DNA of 64,000 nt from Geosiphon pyriformis uo1 (taxonomy: Eukaryota > Fungi > Glomeromycota), in contig JAAOMT010000553.1 of the NCBI GenBank assembly GCA_016748015.1, forward strand, positions 1 through 64,000. Reading direction: 5' to 3'. Shown piece by piece: positions 38,208 through 51,902 of this stretch (position 1 is its first letter; the number at the start of each line of letters is the position of its first letter). The notes below the pieces were generated by a model. That model worked only from the letters and a program-made list of their open reading frames with translations. It searched no databases and was not told the DNA's origin. Made by a program: the position numbers and the translations under genes.

Positions 38208-41200
38208 ATGGGTAGACGGAATCGTGCTGCCCAGCTTCCTATCAACCTTCCGCAGCTTCAAAACCTCATAAAACGTGACCCACCATCTTACAAAGAAGAC
38301 TTTGCCCAACAGTATCGACACTTTGAGTCTCAGTTGGCCATATTCAAGTTAAACCCCAATGAGGAAGCCGAGGATTTTGGGAACTTGGTCACTTTTATTT
38401 CCCAGGTACATATCGACATTCTACTTGAGGTGACATGATTTACCCATAATGAATATCGAAAACAACTGACCCAACCGAGAAGATAGGGAGGTCTTTGAGC
38501 AAAGGCGATAAGCTCTTATTGCTTCAGACAGTTGTATTTTTAACTGAGGACTTAAAAGGAAAACGACCTTGAAATTAAGAACAATGGGGTTTCCTTCGAA
38601 ATTGGCCTACTATTCATTTTATTAACATATCGTGTCATCCATCGGAAAAGGTTTCCCAATGTTATCCGCAAGAAACCGGCGCGTTTCCGCAAATAATTAT
38701 CGATCTTCTCTTGGAAAACTATCAGATTATTCATCCTGACTTAAGAAAAACTCTAGTGCAAGCCCTTATTCTCTTGCGCAATAAAGATATTGTGCCTAGT
38801 TCAAGGTCAGTCCAAAGACTACAGCAGGATTTAACTTTTTTAAATTTACTTATTAATCATTAATATTTCGTTCTAGTTTACTCTCTCTGTTTTTCATTCT
38901 TTTTCGAGCACGGGACAAACAACTACGAGATTCATTATACACCTATATCATCAATGACATAAAGATTGCCAATGCAAAGCATAAAAACAACAAATTAAAC
39001 AAGACATTGCAAAGTTATATGTATACTGTGCTGCAATCTACCACGAGTATTCAGAGTGATAGAAATTATAATGACAATATTAGCATTATATCCAATCAGA
39101 AATCGACTGGAATGAGTGAAGATACTATAGTTGCCAAAAAAAGTTTGGATGTTTGTATTGAATTGTACAGGAAGGGTGTTTGGTGAGGCATAAAACGTCA
39201 ATCGGCGAAAGGTTAAAAATTATATGCTTCTGCAACTTTCCACTGCCAAAAGTCATTGACGTATTGAGATCCAATTACAGGAACGATGCAAAAACAGTCA
39301 ATGTAATAGCTGAAGGTTGTTTTCATATTACAACGAAAATCAAGGTAGCAGCCATTCAGTTTTTCTTGGATACAAATCGTGATTCCGATGACAACAGTAG
39401 TGACAGTGATGAGGTGAGTGGTACCTATTTAATTGGAACAAATGCTTTGGCTTCTTAAATACTTAGAACAATTCAATAATTTAATACCTTTTTGAACCAT
39501 ATTATTTTGGAAGGGAGAAGTTCCCGACATAAAACGGTTGCAACACATCAATTCAATTAATAAAAAGAAGAAGTCCAAAACGAGGAAAATGGTAAAGGCA
39601 TTGGCATTAGTGAAAAAGAAGGCAAAGCAAAAACATAAAGCTGAGAGTTTCAACTTCTCGGCACTTCATCTGTTGAATGATCCCCAGGGTGTGTATGAAG
39701 GCATTCAAGTATTTCTTTCAAAGTATATAGCTGATAAAATTTTTTTTATATCATTATGGTAGGATTCGCAGAAAAGCTCTTCTCATCTTTACAAAAGTCT
39801 TCCAATAACGATCGCTTCGAAGTCAAATTAATGACCATGAATCTCATCTCACGAATTATTGGTGTCCACAAACTTACTTTGCTCAACTTCTATTCTTATC
39901 TAATGAGATATCTGCAACCTCATCAACGTGAAGTGACTATGATACTTGTGATAGTTGCACAGGCTAGCCATGAATTGATTCCACCCGACACATTAGAACC
40001 AGTGGTCAAAGCAATAGCCAATAATTTCGTATCTGATCATTGTGCTGGAGAAGTCATGGCGGCTGGGTAAGTTTTCAACGTATTTTCAATGTTAAGATCA
40101 TTTCTAATTAAAGTCATCCCCTTTATGCGTTATAACTCTCATATGCCTTAATTGTTTATAATTGGTTGAATGATGAATTGGATCTAAGATCACATTATTT
40201 CCATAACTATCTTTCTTTTTCACAGATTAAATGCAATTCGAGAAATATGTCATCGGCAGCCACTTGCTCTCGACATAGCTTTGCTTCAAGATTTGACGGA
40301 ATATAAATCTGACAAGGATAAAAGTATAATGATAGCTGCAAGATCGTTAATTGGATTGTATCGGGAGATCAATCCGGAGATGTTACAACGAAAAGATCGC
40401 GTAAGTTTTGATAATACATTACATAAAAGCCAATCATTATTGGGTGCCTTTTGTAAAATATGTCTATCTCTTACCATTTATCTTTTGCTTTTAATCACTA
40501 TAGGGAAAAGCGATAAGTATGAACATCAAAAAATTCAAACCATTACAATACGGTGAAGTGCGTGCTACAGATCATGTCGACGGCATTGAACTTTTAGAAG
40601 ACTTTAGAGAAAAACAAGAGAAAACGGGTGTTCTGGAAAATGGTTAGCAACTACTTTTAAAAATATTGATATCTTCAAGCCAAGCTCATGAACTTCTCTT
40701 TGTTATTTGAAGAGTGGGCGGAATGGGAAATTGCTTCAGAGTCTTCATCTGATGGTGAATGGATTGATGTATCCTCAGAAGATGAAAAAGATATTATAAT
40801 CTGTGATAGTAGTGGTGAAGATGAAGCGGTCAACAATAGGGATTTTCCAAATGTGGTACCGCATAAGGAAGATGCCGATCTGGAAAAAATAGATCTTAAT
40901 GATATCGAAGGGATAGTGAAGTCTTTACATCAAAAAAAGGAAGAAGAGCCCAAAACATCAACATTGGATATGCAAAGGGTGAAATATGAAAGAAATTCAT
41001 TTTTTAAACCAACATTGCTTTTTCATTATCTAATCATATATCAACAATCAGCTGCTCACACCCGCCGATTTCGTCAAAATAGAACAACTGAAATTAGAGC
41101 GCAATGCTCAAAAACTCGTAGGTAAACGTAAACGGGATGCTTGGTATGTAGGGCTGTTTGATTCTTTAGCTTGAATAAAAATCTATATTCCCCTCAAAGT

Positions 41201-41636
41201 AATACACTTCACGGAATTATGTTTTATCCTTGTAGTCTACCCGAGCAAAAGGATTTATCTGAGATCATCGATGCCAATCAAATTACAGGTCAGCGTAAAA
41301 AAGCAAAGCAGGACTATGAAGAACGCTTAGAGTCTATAAAAGCAGGTCGCGAGGGTCGTGAAAAGTACGGCTCATTCAAAACCAAAAAGCAAGAAGGTGC
41401 AAGCGCCACCAACAGGGAGACAGCTAGAAAAAAACCATTTATGATGGTTGTACATAAGAAAAATTTTCTATGCAAGAAAAAGCCGAGTTTAAGAGAAAAA
41501 CAGGTGCGTTGTTTTATGGTTCTTTACATTTTGTAAGGATCAGGCGAATGTTTTTAAATAATCCTCTTTTTTCTTCCAACCTTAATAGATGCAGTTAACA
41601 AACCGTCGGGGCAAGCAAAAATCACGCCGCAAATAA
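38208..41636 (+). CDS. SDA1: 60S ribosome biogenesis factor Sda1, multi-exon
   Basis: [95 protein letters not shown]. Confidence 0.95.
38460..38600 (+). ncRNA. Candidate structured intronic RNA (snoRNA-like) in SDA1 intron 1
   Basis: 245-nt intron with stems ACAACTG/CAGTTGT, GTCT/AGAC, AGCAA/TTGCT and AAGGAAA/TTTCCTT. Confidence 0.4.
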
Positions 41637-42399
41637 ATTCTCAATGGTTAAACCTATTAGTTATAACTTATGTTTGTGCGATAATGGCAAAAAAAAAGCA
41701 AGAGATTTGGATCAATCGCAAGTAGTCTAAGAGTATACTAAAGGGTTAACTTTGAATAAAAGAATTCAAGTGTTTTGATAACGTAAATAGACAATATGTG
41801 GATCTCTGATCTTTCGATAAGAGATGTCCGGTTATCCAATAATATCCAGTTCATTAATTGTGAGCAAAAATAATAAAGTTTAAAACATTAATCATAAAAA
41901 ATGCAAAGAAAAATTTCAATTATTTTGTTACAATTGGTCAAAAATATTAAATAATATTATAATTAAATACTTTTTTTGATTCTTAAACCATCAAAAAGCC
42001 TAAGAAAAATATTTTCTTTTACCCAATGCATTTTACAAATTATATTTTTTTAATTTTTTGTTTAAAAACTGACAGCAATAATCCAAAAAAAAGTAAAAGC
42101 TTATTCTAATGTAAAAAAAAGATATTATTGTACATAAACTTAAAAAATTCAACAAAAATGTCAAAAATTTTAGTGTTAATGGTTTTTTTCTGGAAAATTT
42201 GTTGTAAAAAAATAAACTTAATGTTATAAACTATAAAATAATATTTGTAATATTATTAAAAACACCAAAATTAAGAAATAATAATAAAATTAAATTTTGG
42301 TAAAAAAATATTAATATAAAACTTTATTAATTTTAAAATTATAGTAGTTATTAAAAAGTTTTGTGCTTTAAATATTAATTTTTTTTTATATTTATTTTA

Positions 42400-45300
42400 T
42401 GAATGTAATCTAATCATTATCTAAAACACTATAATTAAATAAGATTCTAAATTAAACATAACTCATGTTTTTTTTTTATATAATTGATCATTTAGACTAA
42501 TCAAGACAACACTATACATTTACACTACTAACAACTATAAACTATTAAAAAAACCAAATAATATTAAAAATAAAGCATGTTTTAGACCAAAACCAATATA
42601 AAATCTAACTTTAAACCAAATTTACAGACTATAGCCAAAAGCCATATCAATAACAGACCAGAAACCTAAGAAATTTCTAAGTTATCTACCAAAATTAGAT
42701 TCAGTTTCTTATAATAGATTTGTAGCTTAGTATTAAATAGTTATATATCAGATTGGTAATTTTTAGCAAAATTACACACAAAATTAATTATTTTCTGAAT
42801 TGTATTTAATTATAACTTAATTACTAATATAGCTTTTAACAACTAATTTATAAGAACAAAGCTTTTGGCCAATATTATATATAATTTATCATATAATTTA
42901 ACTTTAATAAGACATTTGGTCATTATAAAAGTATTAGCAAGAATCCCTAATAATTTAATCCAATTAGAAATAATACTTGAAATAATTTTTTTCTTTATAT
43001 TAAGATTTAATATATACAAAAATATATAATTAAAATCTTTCAATAAGTCACAATAAATACAATTCATATTTAAATATTCTGAATTATATAATTTTTTTTT
43101 ACAACAACTAGTAAATAGTAATACAAAATTTTTATAAAATAAGACTACAATACAGTAAATAATATACTAGTAAAATTAAATTACATGTAATTATCAAAAT
43201 ACTAAACATCAAAAGTTTTATGTATATTAAACTTGTTATATAACATTCTGTTTAATACATAATTAATGTACTTGGTTTTCTAATTTACATTGTTACTAAA
43301 AGATTTTTACACTTTTTAATGCAAAAATTACAACACATACAACAGAAATTAACATTAAAACCATGCAAAAAAAACCTATATTATCATATTTAATCAACAA
43401 AATCAGCCAGCAATCTGAAAATAAATGATCAGCAATTAGTCTAATTACAACAAAAAAATATAACACAATCCAATAGTTTAACTAAGTTGAATACAAAAAA
43501 ATCTTGACAAACCAAGAAACACCAATGGAAATAAATAATTAATACATGTAATCTGATAACAACAGGCTTTGTTATACTCCAAAATTTTTATATATCCTTA
43601 TTAAAACAATCCAACATTCCAGATCTGCAATTAATAATTAAAAATAATTACCAAGAAATATAATTAATTAATCTACTTCTAATTATGTTGATTATAATCA
43701 CAATTGGTATTATTAATTTACAATCAATGTTCTAAATCCAGCCATCTAAAATCTGATCATCTAAATTACTAGTTCTTGGATAAATAACAGGCTGAGTAAG
43801 CTTATTATAAATTGATTAATTTAATGTATATAAATAATTGATGTATTTTAAATAGTCTTAATATAATATGTAGATCTGATGTAATTTAACTATATATACA
43901 GTCTCTTTGTTAGCTTAGGAAAGTATCAATTTAATACTGAGCCAACTTTTTGCTATAGTTTTATAGTAAGCAGTTAGTCTTTTTTTCTATTTCTTACTCT
44001 TTTTTTCCCTCTTTTTATGCTCTAAATACTTATTATCACAATCTCAAGTATGCCTTCTCATATTTTTTATCACCATTTGGAATCACTTTGTTCCTAATTT
44101 TTTATCTACTTGTTATCACCATTTTAAGTTGTTTTATTACTTTTGATCTTTCAAAATCATGTGTTATCACCATTTTACATTAAGTCTTGTTTTACTAAAC
44201 AAGTTGTTAAATATAAAAATAAGTAATAAAATATAATGTTGTTAGAGAATAGTCTCAACAATAAAAAGTTTAATTAAAATCTATTTTAGTTATGTTTTAC
44301 TTTCATAAATCTTTTTATAATTCCTATAACTTCACTTTTAAAGCTGGACATTTAAACATCACACCCTTTCAATAACTAATTGAAAGAATTCTGGTTATGT
44401 ATTTATTAGAGTAGTTGGTTTTATTTCTGTTGTTGATTGTGCTTTTGATACATATAAAAAAATATGACTTCTCTTTCTCTTTTAAAATACTTAAGACTGG
44501 TTTTTATCCAAAAACAAATAATAATGACAATACTTTTTTTTGCTTTTAATAATTTTATCATGTACTCTTTTTTGCTTTTCCACTTACTAAAATAGTCTAT
44601 ACACCCATAATATGCTATAATTAATAGCATAATCATGGTAATGTATATTATCAGTTGAGCTAAGAAATGTTTCCAAATATTGACAAAAACCACTGGTAAC
44701 AACATATATAACAAATTCAAACAGATTTTTAACAAAACAATAAGCATTCCCAAAAACCAGCCTATTTTCAATACACAAAAATTTGCAATCTATATTTAAG
44801 AACAAAACAAAAAAATTAGCTTTTTTATTGCTTATATTTTTTAAATAACTCTTAACTTTCTTTTACATTATTAACAAATTTTTTAATGTAATAATATTAT
44901 AGATATATTTTTATTTGATTTAGCATTTATTTTAGAAATTAAGACTAACACAATTTGTAATCAATCTGCATATGTTTAAAAATATTTAATTATCTGTAAA
45001 CAAAATAATTAAGCTAAAAACTGAAACATACTCAAAAGCAAGAATTATAACCTGTAATTTAGTTAAAGTTAAAAACAGCAAATCTGAAATTTTAATACCA
45101 ATATCCAAATTAATTTCAGAAAAATATACAGCAATGCTATTATAAACTTTTACAGATTTAAGATACTTGACTAAATTATCAATATACATACTCATTTGAC
45201 TTAATTCAATACTTAATAAACAGTTTTTAACAAATTCAAAATTATAAAAAACTGTTATTAAATAAGACTAAATGGCCAAAATACATTTATTAATTAGACT

Positions 45301-46638
45301 ACTATTCATAATAAACTTGACCAAAAACCTAAATTAAGCTGAAACTAAATCCTTAGAATTGAGTTTTTTTCAACTATAAAATGTGTTCCAAATTATACAC
45401 CTATTACAGCAATTTAAAAGCTAGTTAATAAACAAAATTTCAAGTTTTTTTAATAATATAATTACACTTGTATAAACTTTTAGACTTAGTATATTAACAA
45501 TAAAAACACTATTTACAAATCTGAACATATTAAACAGTTTACTCCTCAAAAACAATTTGCACAATAACAGCATATTTATAACACTAGCCAAAAAATTGTT
45601 CATAAAATTAATCTGCAATCTAATCAGAAATTAAAAAAAATATTGGGACATTCAATTAACTGTTTGTAAATTTATTGTTTTATATAAAAAAATTACTCAG
45701 AATGCTCTTGGCATTAACAAAATTAATAAAACCAACAACTAAATTTTTGGACTATATCTGTTCAAATAACTTTAAATTATACAAAGTTGAATGTAAAATA
45801 GTCTTAGTAAGAAAATTTTTTGACAAATTAATCTTTAACATAAGTTTTTTTCTCAACAATCTATCTTATTTATTATACACACTTTTAAAAATATAATTGA
45901 ACTGTGTTCTATAACTAATAATGAGTTGTAATACAGCAGAAACTAAATACAAAAATTGTTTTTTTGAAATGACTTTCTTCAAGACTATATTTAAAAAGAA
46001 CTTGACATTAAAATAAGCTTTGGCCAAACTTAGTTTAAATAAACTGTTAATTAACAAAAAGATATTTAAGTGTCAATAAGATTCTTTTTTTTTAGCCACC
46101 AAAATTTTTGAACTATTAATGTATAATAAAAGCTTTTCTACTCTTTGGTTAATAAAAATAACAACTGTTTTGTTAATATTGATTAAAATATTATTAATAA
46201 AAAAAACTTACTTGTAATATCCAAAATATATTAAGTTGCTGTTATGTTGTTTTTAACCCAAATAATATTATCTACAAAGATGTTTGCAATAAAGAAAGAA
46301 GTTTTGTTATCTTTAAAGTCAATTTTGCCAGATTTTGTAAAAAATCTAGAGTTTATCTTGTAATTATACAAATGTTTATGTTTCTTAACTTTATAAAGCA
46401 AAAAATCATAAAAAATTCTTTAAAGTAAAAGTAAAAAATTTTTTTCTTAGTCCAGTTTATTATAAACAATATATTTATTTAAAAGCTCAAAATTTATTAT
46501 AATTTAATTAATTCTTCTATTGTAAATATTCTTGAAAAATTTGATAAAATATTTACATATTTTAATCTTGATAAGACTATTATACAGTTATTACTATATT
46601 ACCAAATTATAAGTTTTGTGTATATTTTGCAAAACCAA
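42400..46638 (-). mobile_element. Decayed LINE fragments with RNase H
   Basis: ORF 44986-45195 is an eroded RNase H homologous to 25763-26158; terminus near 42420-42520 resembles the other LINE ends. Confidence 0.7.
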
Positions 46639-49600
46639 TATTACTCATAGAAAATAGAAGTATTATTATAATTAGAAGAATAGCCAATCAAAAATAGGCG
46701 TAATAACAGAAAAATTCTGGAATTTTTTATAAAAAATTGCAGGATTCCAGAATTCTAGGATTTCTTTAAAAAAATCGCAGAATTTCAGAAATCTTGTATA
46801 ATACCAACTATGTATATATAGCAGTAGTATTGGAAGCAAGAAAAATAATTCAGGCAAATTCAGAATTCAGAATTTGGTTTAGTTCTAGTTTAGCATGCTC
46901 TTTTTTGTCTATTAAATAACTTTTACTTCACAGATAGTTAATATTTACTAAAGTAAATTCATCCACAAAATATCAAATAAAGCATATTTGTTATTACCTA
47001 ATCTATATTGCCATTATTTGTTTAAGAATCTAATCATTCTTTTATTTATCAACATTTCATGTTAATAACATCTAATACTTAACTATACTAAAACAATAGC
47101 TCTTAATCACAGCTATTGATAAGATACTAATTTCTTATTTTTTTCTTATTTTCTTTTATTTTCTTTTATTTTTCTTTTATTTTTCTTTTGTTGTGTTGAT
47201 TTATTAATAAATTAAAGAATTAAGTACTGAGTAATTATTGTCAAAAATATTCTGATAAAAGACCCAGAAATAAGAGTATAGAATTTATAAATTAACGAAT
47301 AGCTTACCAGAAGAACACAACTGCCAGAATAAACCAGCCACCATGCTAAAAAAAAAATTTAACAGAATAACTATTCCAAAAGACTATTGAAACAATCATT
47401 GAATCTTTGTTCATTATACAAAAAACTTAACCAAAATCTTCAGATATTACCAATATATACTAATATTAATTAGCTATTAAGCACCAAGTTATGAATTTGT
47501 TATTTGTATCAACATCCAAATAATTACCTGTAACATTTGGTGCTCTCTGTAAAATATAATCTAACAGAAAACCAGCACCAACAGCAATTATCTAGAACAG
47601 TGACAGAATCAGAAAAAACAGAAACAAACCACTTGAGATTTACAAAAACTTTATTTTAATACTATCAATCTCACCTAAGATTAACAAGTAATTATTGGCC
47701 AGCAGAATTGATTTTCAATTTCTAAAAAATTAAATCTCACATAGAAAACCAAAGAAATCTGAAAGCAGTATTTACCAATTTTTATAATAAATTACTTTAG
47801 AGCACTACATTTCCACAAAATTATTTGTTTGTACTAATAATTACAGAAATCAACAAAGAAATTAAAAAACACACCAAACAGAAATTTCTTATTATCTTTG
47901 CAAACAACAACAAAAGAAAATTACAAACACCAGCAGAAACACTAAGAAACATACAACTATTTACTTAAAAAAAACCAAGAATAGTTTTACCTATTCACTT
48001 ATCATATTACCACATGTCTGGAAGTACTATTAATATACTATTAGGAGGTGTATTATCATTAACAAAAACTTTATTAGCAAAAATAATGTTCCAAAGCCAA
48101 CAAAAAAAAGCTAATTTATTGGGAACTTATGGCAATTACTTTGAAAGATTCAAATCATGATTACCAATGCCATCAAAATTTTAATTATCACTATCTTAAC
48201 CTAATTTTAGAGCTACCAATTTGTGAGAAATAACTGATTCAAAAAAAAAGAAAGATGAAGATCAAAAATTTAATTACCAAAACCCAATTTCAGAAAACCT
48301 GGAAATACAAACTCTGATTGTTCCAACTCAGCAAAATCAAAACAATTCAAACTTTACTCTGATTGTTCTAACTCAGCAAAATCAAAACAATTCAAACTTT
48401 ACTCTAATTGTTCCTCAAAACTTACCTCTAGTAATTGTGATCAATTTACCACTAGTTGTACCAATCATAAAACCACAACAACAGTTACAACTATCATTCT
48501 AACAATAACAACTTCAATAACAACAATATTAATAACAACAACCACAACCATTATCTGTACCAATGGCCTATGTACCAATTGTAAAACTTGAAAAATTTAT
48601 TGGCAAAAAGAACAATACACAAGTTTGGCTCAATAATATGAAAAAAGCCATCACAGTCAATAGATAGAACAATACCAGAACATTATAGGCAATCTTATAC
48701 TTTTTTCAAGATACTGCCAACTCATGATATTAAAGCTTAATTCAAAAACCCCAAGACTTCAATGTGTTTAAACTAGAATTTTTAAGATATTTTAATAACA
48801 ATAATAGCATCAATTGCCTAGCAAATACTTTTACAATTATTAAACAAGGAAATATTAAAGCAGTTACTACTTATTTGGGATGTTTTCACCAAAATTTGTA
48901 ACAAATACAAGTCATTGATGTGAATTACTTTATGGTGCCACAAATTTTGAATCAATTTATTCATGGTTTGCACAATAGTCTTTTATAATATGTATGTCTA
49001 ATCCATTCACAAACACTTCAAGACACAGTCACATACACCTGAAATTTTGAATCAGCCGAGCTAAAAGCTAATTATGCTTAAGCCATTAATCTAATAATAA
49101 ATGGATCATTTGACTTGGACTCCAAGTTGAAACAATTTAGTAACTCTATTAATCAAAAATAAAAAGAATACTTAGTTAACAATTAAGTAATTTATTAATC
49201 TTTACAATATTGCAATAATCTAAGAAACCCAAATTGTTTTTAAAATTAATCACATTTATTATTGTTAACAAATCAATAGTAGTAACAAGAAACACATATT
49301 TGCTACTATTGTAGTAAACAAAAACATTTACAAATTAAATGCCACATCTGGTTAAATAAACAATAATCAGAAAATCAATATTGAAATATCCAATTACTAA
49401 TTTCAAATACTAAATTATCAATTAAGTTCAAGATCATATCAATTTTATTATGTTCCAATAATACAACAAGCAATATATTTACCACCAATTTATTAGCTTT
49501 TAGCATTAATAATATATCAACCACAGCCACAGGTTATCTATTAATCTCAACTATTTTAAACACCACTACAAAATTCAGCTCAAATAATACCCAGAAACCA

Positions 49601-51902
49601 AAAACTAAGAATTACTTATACTTAACAAAACTAAAGATCAGCAATAGTTATGCATCAACAGATCTCTAGTTCATTAAGTCAACCATTAGGATCATGCCAA
49701 TGGAGTTTGAAAACTGGATACAATCAAAACCCAAATTTCCAGAACTATTTAAGTCTTTTGGTTATCTCAGAAAATGTTCAATTTAACAAACAGAAGTTCA
49801 ATTAAACCCAACTACTCACTAACAATATTCTATTAACTATCATCAACAAAATAAATCACTTATCACCATCTTTTCTTTTGAACTTGAAGAACCAGTTAAA
49901 ATGCCTTTATTTAATTGAGCTGTCTTTGAAGCAAAACCAATTACTATAATGTACACTAACACAAAAGTTGATGGCCATCCTATCAAGCTAATTTTTGATA
50001 ATAAATCAGCAGACAGCATCATTACATGACAACTTATAGACCAATTAGGTCATCAAGTTGATCACATTATTAACATTAAAATTATTATAGCAGATTAAAC
50101 AACAAAAACTCTAATTGGTGAAATCAATAACTTTCTATTCAAAGTTAATGATATTGTCATGCCAATTAAAGTCCTTGTCATGGAAGTTACATAATACTAA
50201 GCACTAGTTGGTAATGACTAATTGTTCAAAACCAGTGCTATGCTCAACTAAATTACTCAAGAGCTACAGCTTAATCAAAACAGATAACACACATAAGTAT
50301 CAGCTATGTGTAGTTATTTCAAACCACAAACTACTTAACCACAACCACTAATAGAATTAGAAAAAAAAAAAGACAAACCTATTTGAGAAGTCTACCAAGT
50401 TTTGTGGGCTAAAAAAGATTACAACATACTACTGCTAATCCTATTGTGGAATAACAAAGAAAAAGGAAGAGAAGAAGACAAACCACAAGCCACCATTAAT
50501 ACCAGCAAAACTGCCAACAGTTGGCACATACTGTACTCTGGAGACATAAAAAAAGAACTATCCTACATTTTCTCAAGTGTATTGATTACAAGAAAAAGCT
50601 TTTATCCATAAAAGCTTGAATTGCATCAGAAAAAAACTACTGAATATGTACTTATTATTACTGCAAACCATATTACCAAAAATGTTTTGGTTATTCAAAA
50701 TAACAAGGAAAGTGGGACAATAAACCATGTCTTACTTGTGAAAAGATGCTACTTAACAAAAAAATGTGAAATAATATTCTTGGTCAAGAAAAAATATACA
50801 ATACATTGTGTCAATACACAATCCTTATTAGTAATTAGATAAGTTGAGAAATGTCTTTTAATACTGCATAGAACTAAGTACTATTATGTTTAAATGGTTA
50901 TTCCTATGACAAAAACAAAATTTGGTGAATGACCAGTGCCAAAATTGAAGACATATTGTCCAGTAAAATATTAGTAATCAAAAACAACCCACCAGAACTG
51001 GTCAAAACCGTTTTTATTTCCAACCCAAACACATTTTTTGATATCTTAAGCAATCCAAAACAATTCCACAAACATTATTAAAACTTAACACTCATTAGAA
51101 AAAAACAAGAGCAGTATTTAGAATAGCTAAATACAAGACTCTGTAAATACTGTTTAATTCCTAGTAACTTCAAATATTGTGATGATTGTGATCTTATCTA
51201 CAATCTACTATTATGCATAATTTATTTAATCTCCAAAGAAGAAAAACCAATCAACAAATACATAGTAGAATTAGAATTAAAGTTCAATTCCAACTCAGAT
51301 TTTGATAATAACAGCAACAACAGTTCTAACTTTATTCACTATGGCAATAACAATGATGATTCAAACTCTAATTATAACTCTAAACAATATATTATGCTCT
51401 TAGATCTGTTGATAAAGCAGAAACTAGTAATAATAAGGAAAGTATTATGTCAGAATACACACATAATACTGATGCAGAGTTTAATCTTAAATATTCAGAA
51501 AAATGGCTATTAAATTAGAACCACATTCACACACCAGCATTGATTTAAAAATAGCATTGGAAATTCTGATAACAACAATGGTTTAGTTAGCATTTAGATT
51601 TAGTTTAGCAAAAAAAAAATTAATATCAGAGGAAAAATAATTAATACAGAATATATAAAAAATATCATTACAATACTACAAAATGATTCAGAAAAACCAT
51701 ATATAATTGAACTAAATAAAAAAATAACACAAACAATATTCCTATCTCTGGTGAAAATAGCTTAATTAGTACCAGTAAGAACAAGAAAAAAATTAAGAAT
51801 TATAGCCAAAAGGAAAAATAGATTTGAATTCATAGGTAAAATAGATATACCAGTTAATATAATAGAGGAAAAAATCATTAATAAGAAAAAAATTATCTCC
51901 AC
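46639..51902 (+). mobile_element. Decayed Gypsy (family B): 5' LTR 46639-47535, PBS, gag, protease, Cys-rich module, dUTPase; interrupted at 51902
   Basis: TATTACTCATAG...TACCTGTAACA then TTTGGTGCTCTCTG; protease remnant ~49930-50300; GKWDNKPCLTC at ~50710; dUTPase remnant ~51450-51840. Confidence 0.85.

Noticed and set aside
38581-38596. ACAATGGGGTTT as RNase MRP CR-V
   Set aside because: No matching CR-I upstream; the segment pairs locally in a hairpin.
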